Part shown: piece after piece, positions 48,725 to 61,959 of the stretch
Layout: the number at the start of each line of letters is the position of its first letter
How positions within the stretch are numbered: position 1 is the stretch's first letter
DNA from: Hemiscyllium ocellatum
Lineage: Eukaryota
Reading direction: 5' to 3'
Assembly (NCBI RefSeq): GCF_020745735.1
Contig: NC_083424.1
Coordinates: 37,248,999 to 37,312,998, forward strand
DNA: 64,000 bases
Notes under the pieces: generated by a model
Databases searched by the model: none
Told to the model about the DNA's origin: nothing
What the model saw: only the letters and a program-made list of their open reading frames with translations
Position numbers and translations under genes: made by a program

Positions 48725-49760
48725 GATAGCACAGGAGCAGGCCCTTTGGCACACAAAGCCTGCATTGATTCCTACTCCTTACTTAGACCCACTGCTTATT
48801 GTCCATACATAGTTTTCCTTCTATTTGCTTCCCTTTTATGTGTCAATCAAGGTACGCCTTAGACATTGCTAATATGCCTGCTTCCACTGGCAGTGTATTC
48901 CAGGCACCCACCACCTGGGTGAAAAATTTTCCCTGCGCTTCTGCCTTAAACTTTCCCCCTCTCACCTTGCACATGTGCCATCTTGTAGTTGACCTTTCTA
49001 CCCTGGGAAAAAACCTCTGACTATCCAGCCTATCTATGTCTCACATAATTTTGTAGACCTCCATCAGGTCACCCCTCAGCCTCCGCATTTCCAGTGAAAA
49101 CAGAGTTTTATCCAACCTCTCCTCATAGGTAAAGCCCTCCAAATCAGGCAACGCCCTGGTAAACCTTCTCTCCATCCTCTCCAAAGCATTCACACCCTGC
49201 TGGTAGTGTGGCAGCCAGAACTGTATGCTTAACTAAAATTTCATACAGCTGTAAAGTAACTTGCCAACTTTTATATTCAATGCTCTGTCCAATGAATGTG
49301 TGCTGTATGCCTCCTTGACTACCTTATCCATCTGTGTTGCTAGTTGCAGGGATCTGTGGACCTGTATGCTCAGATCCCTCTGTATGTCAATGCTCCTAAA
49401 AGGTTCTGCCATCTATTGCATAATTCACACATGAAATTGATCTCCCAAAATGCATCACCTCACATTTGTCCAGATTAAGTTCCATCTGCCATTTCTCTGT
49501 CCAAATCGGCAACCTATCAATATTCCGCTGTATCCTTTGACAATCCTCCTCACTATATGTAACTCCATAAATTTTGGTGTCATCTGCAAACTTACTAATC
49601 AGACCACCTACATTTTCCTCCAGATCTTTGATAGATATTATCAATGACAAAGGTCCCAGCACTGATCCCTGCAGAACATGATTACTACACTGATCTCCAT
49701 CCTTAAAAATACCCTTCCACCACTACTCTGTCTTCTATGACCAAGCAGTTTTATATCCAT
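48725..49760 (-). mobile_element. CR1 RT and 3' fragment
   Basis: [29 protein letters not shown] translation. Confidence 0.9.
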
Positions 49761-49962
49761 TTAACATGGGAAACAATCTGGTTAAGAGGAAAGACTAGAA
49801 ATAAGAAATCTGAAGCAAAAAAAGGGTACTCTATCCAAAAATTTGTAAACAACTCTTGCTAGTCACGGAATCTTTCATTTGACTTGTAGCTCCTGAGAGG
49901 TGTGAATAACCACAGATGATGCAGAGGGTCTCAGCATTCTGCTTCCCTGGTTATTCGAATAT

Positions 49963-50276
49963 AGATTAGATTAGATTCCCTACGGTGTGGAAACAGGCCC
50001 CTCAGCCCAACCAGTCCACACCGACTCTCCGAAGAGCAATCCACCCAGACCCACCTCCCTCTGACCAATGCATCTGTTACTATGGGCAATTTAGCATGGC
50101 CAATTCACCTGACCTGCACACCTTTGGATTGTGTGAGGAAACTGGAGCACCCAGAGGAAACCCACACAGATATAGGGAGAATGTGCAAACTCCACACAGA
50201 CAGTCAACACGACAAAGGCTGGAATCGAACCTGGGACCCTGGTGCTGTGAGGCAGCAGCGATAACCACTGAGCCAC
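49963..50276 (-). mobile_element. HE1 SINE with a 7-bp TSD
   Basis: Flanked by CGAATAT at 49956-49962 and 50277-50283. (TCTAA)n tail and V-domain present. Confidence 0.9.
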
Positions 50277-51084
50277 CGAATATGAAGGGAGCCATGAGAT
50301 TTCTTCTTGATGTCAACCAAGCAAAAAACTCTGCAACATCTTACAACTTGATTCAACTTTGACCCATATTCAACTAATGAAATTCTTTGGGCTTGACACA
50401 CTGAAGCCATCATGTTTCATCATGTAATTATCTAAACACTCATTTGCAAATGCTTATGAAAATTTTCCGGTATGCCTTTGGTATCCTTTCAATATGACAA
50501 TGTTGATGTTTCACTCGGATAGGTTCTAGGTAATGCTTCTCGGCCAGATATAAAAGTAGGCAACAATGCAACAAAAGGTAAAGGATTCCAGCATACTTTG
50601 GAATTTTTGTTTGTTTTCATCTCTTCAGAAAGGAAATTGCGATTGAGTTGATTTGAAACGAAATATTTTGAAACAGACTGAATTCACACAGTTTTAAAAA
50701 TAAAGTGCTTTGGGCTGCAATGTTTTCTTAAACTAACAGAATTATTTTTAAGGCTGAAAAATATGTAAGTCTGTGAGCACAGAACTCCATTGTACCTGAC
50801 CACACGAAGATGCATACTACAATAGAAAGTAACAATTCCAATTCCGTATTGTAAAGGAAGATGTGACAGAAGGCAGTGAATCGGAGTAGGAAAGCTATTC
50901 ATAACTCACAGCTCATTTGCAACTGATACAGAGAAGATCTCATATGTTCCAGGCCATTAAGCAGAATGACCAGTGACAATAAGCAATTAGTGTCTTTTTT
51001 TTCTATTTAACCTGTTGATAGACGTTAGTACTGAATTCTGAAATAGGTTGGACTTGAATATGGCCTTCCTGGCTCATTTATTAA

Positions 51085-52180
51085 TACCTTCCACCTTGAC
51101 CTCAAATTTACCTGGACCGTCTCAGATTCCTCCCTCCCCTTCCATCTCGGGCAACCAAATCAACACGGACATTTACTATAAACTGACCGACACCCACAGC
51201 TACCTAGACTACACCTCCTCCCACCCTGCCCCCTGTAAAAACGCCATCCCATATTCCCAATTCCTTCGTCTCCGCCGCATCTGCTCCCAGACGTGATCAA
51301 CGATGCTCTCCATCGCATCTCCTCCACTTCCCGCTCCTCCACCCTTGAGCCCTGCCCCTCCAATCGCCACCAGGACAGAACCCCGCTGGTCCTCACCTAC
51401 CATCCCACCAACCTCCATATACATCGTATCATCTGCCGTCATTTCCACCACCTCCAAACGGACCCCACCACTAAGGATATATTTCCCTCCCCTCCCCTAT
51501 CAGCGCTCCGAAAAGACCACTCCCTCTGTGACGCCCTCGTCAGGTCCACACCCCCCACCAACCCAACCTCCACTCCCGGCACCTTCCCCTGCAACCGCAA
51601 GAAATGCAAAACTTGCGCCCACACTTCCCCTCTTACTTCCCTCCAAGGCCCCAAGGGATCCTTCCATATCCATCACAAATTCACCTGCATCTCCACACAC
51701 ATCATTTACTGCATCCGCTGCACCCGATGTGACCTCCTCTATACTGAGGAGACAGGCCGCCTGCTTGTGGAACGTTTCAGAGAACACCTCTAGGACACCT
51801 GGACCAACAAACCCAACCACCCCGGGGCTCAACACTTCAACTCCCCCTCCCACTACACCAAGGACATGCAGGTCCATGGACTCCTCCATCGCCAGGCCAT
51901 AGCAACACGACGGCTGGAGGAAAAGTGCCTCATCTTCCGCCTAGGAACCCTCCAACCACAAGGGATGAACTCAGATTTCTCCAGTTTCCTCATTTCCCCT
52001 CCCCCCACCTTGTCTCAGTCACAACCCTCGAACTCAGCACCACCTTCCTAACCGGCAATCTTCTTCCTGACCTCTCCGCCCCCATCCCCACCCCAGCCTA
52101 TCACACTTATCTTAACCTCCTTCCACCTATCGCATTTCCATCGCCCCTCCCCAAGTCCCTCCTCCCTACCTTTTATCTTG
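51085..52180 (+). mobile_element. Penelope-like element fragment (RT thumb and GIY-YIG), lacking its terminal repeat
   Basis: TDIYYKLTDTHSYLDYTSSHP..AIPYSQFLRLRRICS and CNRKKCKTC..IIYCIRCTRC..ETGRLLVERFREH translations. Confidence 0.95.
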
Positions 52181-52257
52181 GCTTTTGGTGAAAAGCTGTC
52201 AGGTTCTGCTTATTCCATGCTTCAAGTACAAACCCTAATAGATGTGTGCAAGACAAT

Positions 52258-52590
52258 ACTTCTGAGATGTGGGCATTGCTGTAATATTTATTGCCCACCT
52301 CTGCTGACACACTGAGTGGCTTCAGAGGGTAGGAGGACTATTGATATGGAAGTGGAATTATATACAGCCCACACCAGGTAAGAGCAACAGAATTCCTTCT
52401 CTTGAGAGAATTCAAGAGCAAATAATATCTTCATGGGTGACTAGTCTCATTTACAAAGCCAGATTTTTGATTCTAAATTGTCTTATTGTTAAACTGAATT
52501 TAAATTCTCAAATCACCAGTGGGATCATGTTTTCTGAATTATTAGTGTAGACCTCTCTATTATAATAGTAAAAAATGACCACACTAAACC
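52258..52590 (-). mobile_element. Family B tRNA-SINE, degraded
   Basis: GATGTGGGCATTGCTG..ATTTTATTGCCCA tail and CTGAATTTAAATTC..GGGAT head remnants. Confidence 0.55.
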
Positions 52591-53624
52591 TACCTGAAGC
52601 ACGAATAGCTGTTTTGGGAAATGGAAAACGTCATGTTTTGGTGCTCAGGCTAGATCTGAAAAGCATTGTTGAAACTGCAGTTTCTGACTCCTAACTTCCT
52701 TCCCCTGACCTGAAATTACCTTATACTGACAACAAGTCACTAACACAAAAAGAAAATTAATTCTCTGGAACTATACCAGAAAAGATATCTGAGGCAAAAG
52801 GATTTCCTTTTTTTATGGCCTTAAGTGATAAAGGAAACTGACTGTCTAGCCACAAGTGACATTGTGCTCATATGATTTCCTTCTTTGTTATCTATCACAA
52901 AGCTACAAACTAACTGGTTGACAGAAAGATCCATGACAGTAAATGTCTACAAAATTAGCAATATTGTATGACCAAGAACAAGGAGGCTTTTCTGGTAGCT
53001 TGGACAGCAAGGTGGCAGTGATGGGAAATCAATATAAAACTGACACAGTGACTGCAATTTGATCTATCCAACAGGCTTGTATTCTTTGAGTTAAGTTAAC
53101 CAAACTTTTCAGAACAATAGAAGCTATGTAACTTAAAATAAAGCAAAAAAAGTCATTGGAAAACAAAATATTTACCACGGAACAATTGCTTTCTTAAAAT
53201 TGCTAGAAGTAATGCATAAACATCTGTCCAGCCTTTGCTCAGCATTTCATTCGATTGAAACTGTTGTGGGTTCCTCCCCCCACGGTTAATCAGCTTGGAA
53301 AGAGGATGGAGCTCGACCCCAGATTACACGCAAAACTCCTGACCTCCGAAGGAAACATGAATGCAGCAAAAAGAACTGTAATTTTCTTTGCCCTATATCT
53401 TTCTCTCATCATCTCAGAATACAGTGACGAGTAAAAAAGCAAATAGGAAAACAATCACTTACTGAGAACTCAATTATATCTTCAGACTCTGCTACTGCTC
53501 AGGGTGTATGGCTACTGGGTTAAAGTATGATCTCAGGTTAAGAATCTAACATCTCAAGGACTCGAAGAACTCTTTAACATCATAATCTTTATCCTTGCTG
53601 TCCATACCAGACCTTCTTCCTTTT

Positions 53625-53724
53625 AACCTATTTTTTTCTCCACAGGTGTTGCCAGACCTGTTGAGTTTCTCCAGCAATTTCTGTTTTTATTTCAGATCTT
53701 CAGCATTTGCAGTTCTTTGTTTTA
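53625..53724 (+). mobile_element. Penelope-type terminal repeat fragment
   Basis: CTCCACAGGTGTTGCCAGACCTGTTGAGTTTCTCCAGCA..CAGCATTTGCAGT resembles the other Penelope termini in the window. Confidence 0.55.
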
Positions 53725-56005
53725 TTCTCCCTTTTATATTTTCATACGTATTTTTATTTAAAAAAAGGGAAATTTTTTAACATTTTTTATAAAATTACTA
53801 AGTTATACAAAGAAGTATAAACACTAACGTATAATTAAATATATAAAAAAGGAAATAAATACTAACCAAAACACAAAAAAGGGAAAAAAACCAAACCAAC
53901 TACTAATCTATCCTACAAACAACCAAAACATAAAATAGGATATCATACATTATTAGTGAAAAATCACAGAATAATTAAATAATTAAGTACATACTCAAAA
54001 TGGATTAACATCAAGTCATTAAAAAAAAAACAGTATTTATATGGGATTCCACCTCCTGGGGGTCCATGGACCAGCCAGAACCACTACCACAACCAGACAA
54101 AAGCCATTGACAATATGGTCAAAATATCTGTGCTGATATAGTTCAGAAAAGGCTACCATATTTTATAGAACAATTCAGTTTTTTGGTGTATCATATTTGT
54201 GGGGAAGTCAAGAGGGATATATTCCATGATTAACCTGTGCCAATTCAAAAGTCGTGGAGGGCCCTCAGCTACCCAATTCACTGAGATATTTTTCCTTGCA
54301 CAAAAAGAGAGAATGGAAAATAGTTTCCTCCCGTGCGCATCCAGGGAGGGCAAATTTGAGAAGCCCAGGAGAAGAGACACTGGATCCAATCTAATCTCGG
54401 TTCCCAAGATTTCTGTCAGAGCATTCGCTACTCTGTCCCAGTATCTGTGGACCTTGTGACATGTCCATAAACAGTGGGGGAAGAGTGCCCACTTCTATTT
54501 TGCATTTAGGACACATTGGGGATTTTTATACCCTAAATTTTGCTTGTCGTTCTGGTGCTATATGAGTCCTATGGAGTATCTTTACTTGAATAGCTTGGGT
54601 TCTATTACATATAGAGATCTTTCTGGCATTTTCCCAGATGTCCTTCCATATTTCTAAAGGGATTTCCAACCCCAATTCCTGGTTCCATGTTTTAAACAGT
54701 TATTCCATGTTTTTCAATATCTCGTTATGTAATGAGTGATAAAGAGTACTGACCAAGGGTGGACCCATTGGCCATAGCACTCTTCTCTCCCTATCCAATT
54801 TGTAGGGACAGTCTAATAATGTAGTCTTCTTCTGTATATAATCTCGTATTTGGAAATACTGACAAAGGTCTCCATTAGGCAATCCAAACCTCTGGTGCAA
54901 CTGCTCAAAAGACATCATAATCTCCCCATCGAACAGGTCCTCCAAGCAAGAAATACCTCTGGACCTTCAGGTTTTAAATGTAGTGTCTGTCAACCCTGGC
55001 TGAAAGCTCAATGCTCCCACTATAGGAGTATACAGAGAGGTTTTTTGTGGGTTAGCCTCATCTTATTGTATTAAAGCCTGGAGGATAATGCAGTAAGATT
55101 TTGCAATCGTCCATAATAGCTCTCATCTTATCTAAAAATAAAAGATTGATGAGAGGTCACTTTGCTTGGGAGGTCTCAATGTCTAAACAAACCAATTGTG
55201 GGTCACAAGAGACCCAATCAGCAACATAGCATAGTAAAGAGCTCAACTGATACCTCCTAAAGTCTAGAAAATCCAGTCCTCCCATTGCTTGTGGAAGCTG
55301 CAGCTTTTCTAATTTGATAAGGGCTGTCTATGATTTCAAATAAAAGGAACCAAGCCAGCCATGTAGTTTACACAACACCAGTCTCGGCAACATCAGAGGG
55401 AGCATTCTCATAGGATATAGGAAACGAGGCAGAATATTGATTTTAACTAGAGCTCCTCTGCCTAACCAGGAGATTGGGAGATCTCCCCAGCGTTGAAGGT
55501 CCTGCCTTATTTTCTCTAGTAGGTGCACAAAATTGGCTTTATATAGGTGACCAAATACTGGGGTGATAAAAATACCTAAGTATAGAAAACCCTCCAGTGA
55601 CCACTGAAAGGGAAAGCAAGATCCGTCCGATAAATTGGATATAATGGTGAGACCACCCAAAGGCATGGCCTCCGATTTCATAAAATTGATTTTATAGCCT
55701 GAGAGCATATTAAATAGATTGATTACTTGAATTAAGCAGGGCATGGATATCAATGGATTACTTAAGAAAGGAAGAACATCATCTGCGTAGAGTGTGATTT
55801 TAATGTTTACCCGAACCAACCCTCGGAGCCACTATGTTAGAATCAGTTCATATAGCTTCTGCTAGTGGTTTGATTAGGAACGTGAATAATAATGGTGAGA
55901 GAGGACATCCCTGATGACAGCCCTACCCATACTGAAGCTATCCAAACCTAAACTATTGGTAATCACAGCTGCTTTGTGGTCATTGTATACTATTGACACC
56001 CATTT

Positions 56006-56280
56006 GTGGACGGCACGGTGGCACAGTGGTTAGCACTGCTGCCTCACAGCGCCTGAGACCCGGGTTCAACCCCGTGTCTGCGTGGGTTTCCTCTGGGTGC
56101 TCCGGTTTCCTCCCACAGTCCAAAGATGTGTGGGTCAGGTGAATTGGCCAAGCTAAATTGCCCGTAGTGTTAGGTAAGGGGTAAATGTAGGGGTATGGGT
56201 GGGTTGCGCTTCGGCGGGTCGGTGTGGACTTGTTGGGCCGAAGGGCCTGTTTCCACACTAAGTAATCGAAACTAAAAAAA
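56006..56280 (+). mobile_element. HE1 SINE nested in L1 ORF2
   Basis: GGACGGCACGGTGGCACAGTGGTTAGCACTGCTGCCTCACAGCGCC.. with a V-domain and a deletion after the B box. Confidence 0.95.
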
Positions 56281-56572
56281 TTTAGAAAATACCTCTCCAA
56301 CACCGAACCTTTCCAGTGTATAGAAAAGATATGACCATTCCAACCGATTAAATGCCTTCTCTGCATTCAAAGAGACAACTATCCCCGGTATTTTTTCCTG
56401 TTGACAGGCTTGTATTATATTTAAGACCCTTCTAATATTGTTAGTTGATCTACGGTCCTTGATATATCACAAAAGAGGACCAGACGGGGTTTATGATAAG
56501 ACCCTCTCCAATCTTGATGCTAACATTTTAGAAAGGATTTTAAAATCCATATTTAGCAAGGATGTTGCTCAA

Positions 56573-59500
56573 TACAGAGTCATAGAAATGTACAGCATGG
56601 AAACAGACCCTTCGGTCCAACCAGTCCATGCCGACCAGATATCCCAACCCAATCTAGTCCCACCTGCAGCACCCGGCCCATATCCCGCCAAACCCTTCCT
56701 ATTCATATACCCATCCAAATACCTCTTAAATGTTGCAATTGTACTAGCCTCCATCCCATCCTCTCGCAGCTCATTCCATACACATCACCTTCTGCGTGAA
56801 AAAGTTGCCCCTTAGGTCGCTTTTATATCTTTCTCCTCTCACACTAAACCTATGTCCCCCCAGTTCTGGACTCCCCAACTGTCTATTTATCCTATCCACG
56901 CCCCTCAATTTTGTAAACCTCTATAAGGTCACCACTCAGCCTCCGACGCTCCAGGGAAAACAGCCCCAGCCTGTTCAGCCTCTCCCTAGAGCTCAGATCC
57001 TCCAACCCAGGCAACATCCTTGTAAATCTTTTCTGAACCCTTTCAAGTTTCACAACATCTTTCCGATAGGAAGGAGACCAGAATTGCATGCAATATTCCA
57101 ACAGTGGCCTAACCAATGTCCTGTACAGCCGCAACATGACCTCCCAACTTCTGTACTCAATACTCTGACCAATAGAGGAAAGCATACCAAATGCCTCCTT
57201 CACTATCCTATCTACCTGTGACTCCACTTTCAAGGAGATATGAACCTTCACTCCAAGGTCTCTTTGTTCAGCAACATTCCCTAGGACCTTACCATTAAGT
57301 CTATAAGTCCTGCTAAGATTTGCTTTCCCAAAATGCAACACCTCGCATTTATCTGAATTAAACTCCATCTGCCACTTCTCAGCCCATTGGCCCATCTGAT
57401 CAAGATCCTGTTGTAATCTGAGGTAACCCACTTAGCTGTCCACTACACCTCCAATTTTGGTGTCATCTGCAAACTTACTAACTGTACCTCTTACGCCCAC
57501 ATCCAAATCATTTATGTAATTGACAAAAAGTAGAGGGCCCAGCACCGATTCTTGTGACACTCCACTGGTCACAGGCGTCCAGTCTGAAAAACAACCCTGT
57601 TACCTGGCTTGTCTTTACTGCCCCTCTTAAACAGTGGCACCACATTTGCCAACCTTCACTCACCTGTGACTATCTATGAATCAAATATCTCAGTAAGAGG
57701 CCCAGCAATCATTTCTCTAGCTTCCCACAGAGTTCGCGGGTACACCTGATCAGGTCCTGGGGATTTATCCACCTTTAACCATTTCAAGACATCCAGCACT
57801 TCCTCCTCTGTAATCTGGACATTTTGCAAGGTGTCACCATCTATTTCCCTACTGTCTATATCTTCCATATCCTTTTCCACAGTAAATACTAATGCAAAAT
57901 ATTCATTTACTATCCCCCCCATTTTCTGTGGCTCCACACAAAGGCCACCTTGCTGATCATTGAGGGCCCTCTTCTCTCCCTAGTTACCCTTTTGTCCTTA
58001 ATATATTTGTAAAAACCCTTTGGATTCTCCTTAATTCTATTTGCCAAAGCTATCTCATGTCCCCATTTTGCCCTCCTGATTTCCCTCTTAAGTGTACTCC
58101 TACTTTCTTTATAGTCTACTAAGGATTCACTTGATCTATCCTGTCTATACCTTACATATGCTTTCTTCTTTTTCTTAACCAAACTCTCAATTTCTTCAGT
58201 CATCCAGCATTCCCAATAGTTACCAGCCTTACCTTTCACCCTGACAGGAATATACTTTCTCTGGATTCTTGTTATCTCATTTCTGAACACTTCCCATTTT
58301 CCAGATGTCCCTTTACCTGCGAACATCTGCCTCCAATCAGCTTTCGAAAGTTCTTGCCTAATACCATCAAAATTGGCCTTTTTCCATCTTAGAATTTCAA
58401 CTTTTAGATGTGGTCTATCCTTTTCCATCATTATTTTAAAACAAATTGAATTATGGTTGCTGGCCCCAAAGTGCTCCCCCACTGACACCTCAGTCACCTG
58501 CCCTGCCTTATTTCCCAAGAGTAGGTCAAGTTTTGCGCCTTCCCTCGTAGGTACAAGCACATACTGAATCAGAAAATTGTCTTGTACACACTTAAATTCC
58601 TCTCCATCTAAACGCTCAAGACTATGGCAGTCCCAGTCTATGTTTGGAAAGTTAAAATCCCCTACCGTAACTACCCTATTATTCTTATAGATAACTGAGA
58701 TCTCCTTACAAGTTTGTTTCTCAATTTCCCTTTGACTATTGGGGGGTCTATAATACAATCCAAATAAGGTGATCATCCCTTTCTTATTTCTCAGTTCCAT
58801 CCAAATAACTTCCCTGGATGTATTTCTGGGAATATCCTCCCTCAGCACAGCTGTAATGCTATCCCTTATGAAAAATGTCACTCCCCCTCCTCTCTTGCCT
58901 CCCTTCCTATCCTTCCTGTAGCATTTGTATCCTGGAATAGTCAGCTGCCAGTCCTGCCCATCCCTGAGCCATGTTTCCGTAATTACTATGATATCCCAGT
59001 CCCATGTTCCTAACCATGCCCTGAGTTCATCTGCCTTCCCTGTTAGGCCCCTTGCAGTGAAATAAATGCAGTTTAATTTATTAGTCCTACCATGTCCCTG
59101 CCTGCCCGACTCACTTCTGTTCTCAGCTGTACCCATCTCAGATCGATCTCTTTCCTCACTATCTCCCTGGGTCCCACCCCCACACCTTACTAGTTTAAAT
59201 CCTCCCAAGCAGTTCTAGCAAATTTCCCTGCCAGTATATTAGTTCTCTTCCAATTTAGGTGCAATCTGTCCTTCTTGTACAGGTCACTTCTACTCCAAAA
59301 GAGATTCCAATGATCCAAAAATGTGAATCCTTCTCCCACACACCAGCTCCTCAGCCATGCATTCATCTGCTCTATCGTCCTATTCCTGCCCTCACTAGCT
59401 CATAGCACTGGGAGTAATCCAGATATTACTACCTTTGAGGACCTCCTTTTTAAATTTCTGCCTAACTCTATGCAATTTCCCTTCAGAGTCTCAACCCTTC

Positions 59501-59690
59501 CCCTTCCAATGTCGTTGGTTCCAATGTGGACAATGACCGCCTGCTGGCCCCTACCCCCTTGAGAACATTCTGCACCCTCTCTGAGGCATCCTTGATTCCG
59601 GTACCAGGGAAACAACACACCATTCTGCTTTTTCTCTGCTGGCCACAGAAACGTCTGTCTGTACCTCGGACTACAGAATCCCCTATGATA
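56573..59690 (-). mobile_element. HER1/CR1 LINE nested in L1 ORF2 (SGNH/GDSL esterase ORF1, APE ORF 57910-59208, RT with internal deletion)
   Basis: [78 protein letters not shown] tail. Confidence 0.95.
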
Positions 59691-61959
59691 AGCAATCTTC
59701 TGGGGTCTTTCTTTTAAGAGAATGAAAGAAATATTTACTTCTCTCAATGAAGGCGGGAGGCAGCCCTGACTATGTGAGTAATTATACATATTTATAAGGG
59801 AACTGGCTGGTCCACTTATAAAGTCTTTGTAAAGTTCAACCTGGAATCCATCTGGTCCAGGTGCTTTGCCAGTCTGAAGCTGTCTAATTGAGTCAAGTAC
59901 TTCCTGGGTTGACAGGGGGGCATTCAGGATCGACACCTGCTCCGAGGTTAAATCTGGAAAGCTTTTAAAGAAGGGCGCCATCTTAGTTCTATCCTCTCAT
60001 TTCTGCGATGTATACAGTTCAAAATAGAACTTTATAAAGGCTGTATTAATCCTTTTATGATCACATGTCAGCATACCAGCACTTTCCCTAATGGACGTGA
60101 TAGCTTGAGGACCCTTTTTTTTTCCTAGCAAGATATGCTAGGTATCTGCCAGGCTTGTCACCATATTCATATAGTCTTTGCTTTGCAAATAATATTTCCC
60201 TCTTTGCTGTTTGGGTAAGTGCAGTATTCAAGGCTGCCATCCTGTGTAGCTTAGTAATAGAGGGCCTATCAAAATACACTGTCTCAGCTGCCTTCAAGCA
60301 AGCCCCTTGCTGTTGTTCTCCCTTTTGTTTTTTTTCTGCGTCGCAGAACATGAGATGATCAAACCTCTCACATAAGCCTTAATGGTCTCCCACATCATCG
60401 ACGGGTTACTGGCCGTACCTGAATTAATTTCCAAAAAGGTTATGAATTCCTGATAAAAATATTTTAGAAATTTGCTATTCTTCATTAAGAAAGATTCCAT
60501 ATGCCAATGTTGGGGGCCTGTCCCATTATCCCTAGTCTTAACTTCCATATATACTGCAGCATGATCAGAGATTGCTATATTACCTATTTTGCAGGACAAT
60601 ATGGAATTCAAAAGGGTCAAGGGAGCAAAAACATATCAACTCTAGTATGATAATGTGGGCTAGAGTAGAAAGTAAAGTCTCTGCCATGGTGGTGAAGGCA
60701 TGTCCACTCATCTACTAGCCCTAGCTCCTTATTCATATCTGCAAATTGTCTAGATCCAGGAGATATACCCATAGTACTCTTGGGTATCCTATTTGTCTCT
60801 GAGCCCATAATGCAATTAAAATCTCCTCCTATAATTGTACGGCGGGCCCCAAAAGCCATCAACTTGGAGAACGCTTCCATTACTAATTTGAAGGGGTGTG
60901 CCGGGGGGCAATAAAGATTCAAAATCCCATACTCCTCTCCATTTATAACGGTTTTGATCAATATAAACCGTCCAGATTCATCTTCTATCTGGCTTAAGAT
61001 TTTGAGAGGAAGATTCTTCTGAATGAAAATGACTACTCCCCTATTTTTTTAGCTAAAAGATGAGAAAAAGGCCTGGTCAAATCCACCCTGTTATAATTTT
61101 AAGTGCTCTTTGTCCTAGGGGGTGGGGTGGGGGAAGGGGGAGGTGGGTACAGATGTGTCTCCTGTAAGAGAACGATATCAACCCTTTCTTATTTGAGAGT
61201 TGATAATATCTTCTTCCTTTTGATTGGTGAATTGCTTCCCTTGACATTCCAGGTGCACCACCTAAGCGAATGGCTAGCCATGATCATCCAGGCAAGCCCA
61301 AGACACCTCAGGAGGAAGAAGAAGCCCACCCAAAACACATTGAATAAAGGCCATGGAAAATTCACAAGAGCAAAAAATTCTTTCAGACATTTACACCAAC
61401 ACAAATAAAAACTATTCCTAAGTAAAGAAAACAATATAAAACATATTTGAAAGGAGGTTCCCCCCCTTGCTCCCAAAGGTTGTAACTACCTGCCAATAAC
61501 CCCACCATAACCTCTCCTAACTAGTACCCCACCCTCGACCCAGGCATTATAAAATGGAGTAGACAAATTCGAGTGTTCCATAACACCAAAGTTAAAAGTG
61601 AGTGACCCACTCCACCCCCCCCACACCAACACCTAGGTGCAGTTAGCAAGCATGATACAAAATATAAAAATATATAAAAACTACGAAGATACTTAGTTTT
61701 CTAATTATAGCTGGGAATGTAAGATGACAGAAGAAATAAAAACCATGCTAAAAACAAAAAAGGTAGGACAAAACAAAGCCCCCGCCCACACAAATCAAAT
61801 AAGCCACATGGCCTCTAATAAAAACTCACATAGTGAATAGCAAATAAGCCCCCCTACCCACCTCTTAGGAGAAAGTAATGAACAAAAAAAGGATAGAGAA
61901 GGAAAAAAGGGTAAACCATGGCAGGGGGCAAAATAAAATCATTATCCATATGGTTTAAG

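Larger units (their letters stand above)
54087..61281 (-). pseudogene. L1 ORF2 (APE endonuclease, RT, Cys-rich domain), disrupted
   Basis: MASHSLRWCTWNVKG, LQETHL, IIGGDFN, ISDHAAV, GKAPGPDGF, QGCPLSPLLF, LYADDVL, SGYKINFMKS and CPKCK..HCLWTC. Contains stops, frameshifts and insertions. Confidence 0.93.

Noticed and set aside
57910-59208. 432-aa ORF as a host gene
   Set aside because: It is the APE-containing half of CR1 ORF2, and the downstream RT is frameshifted and deleted.
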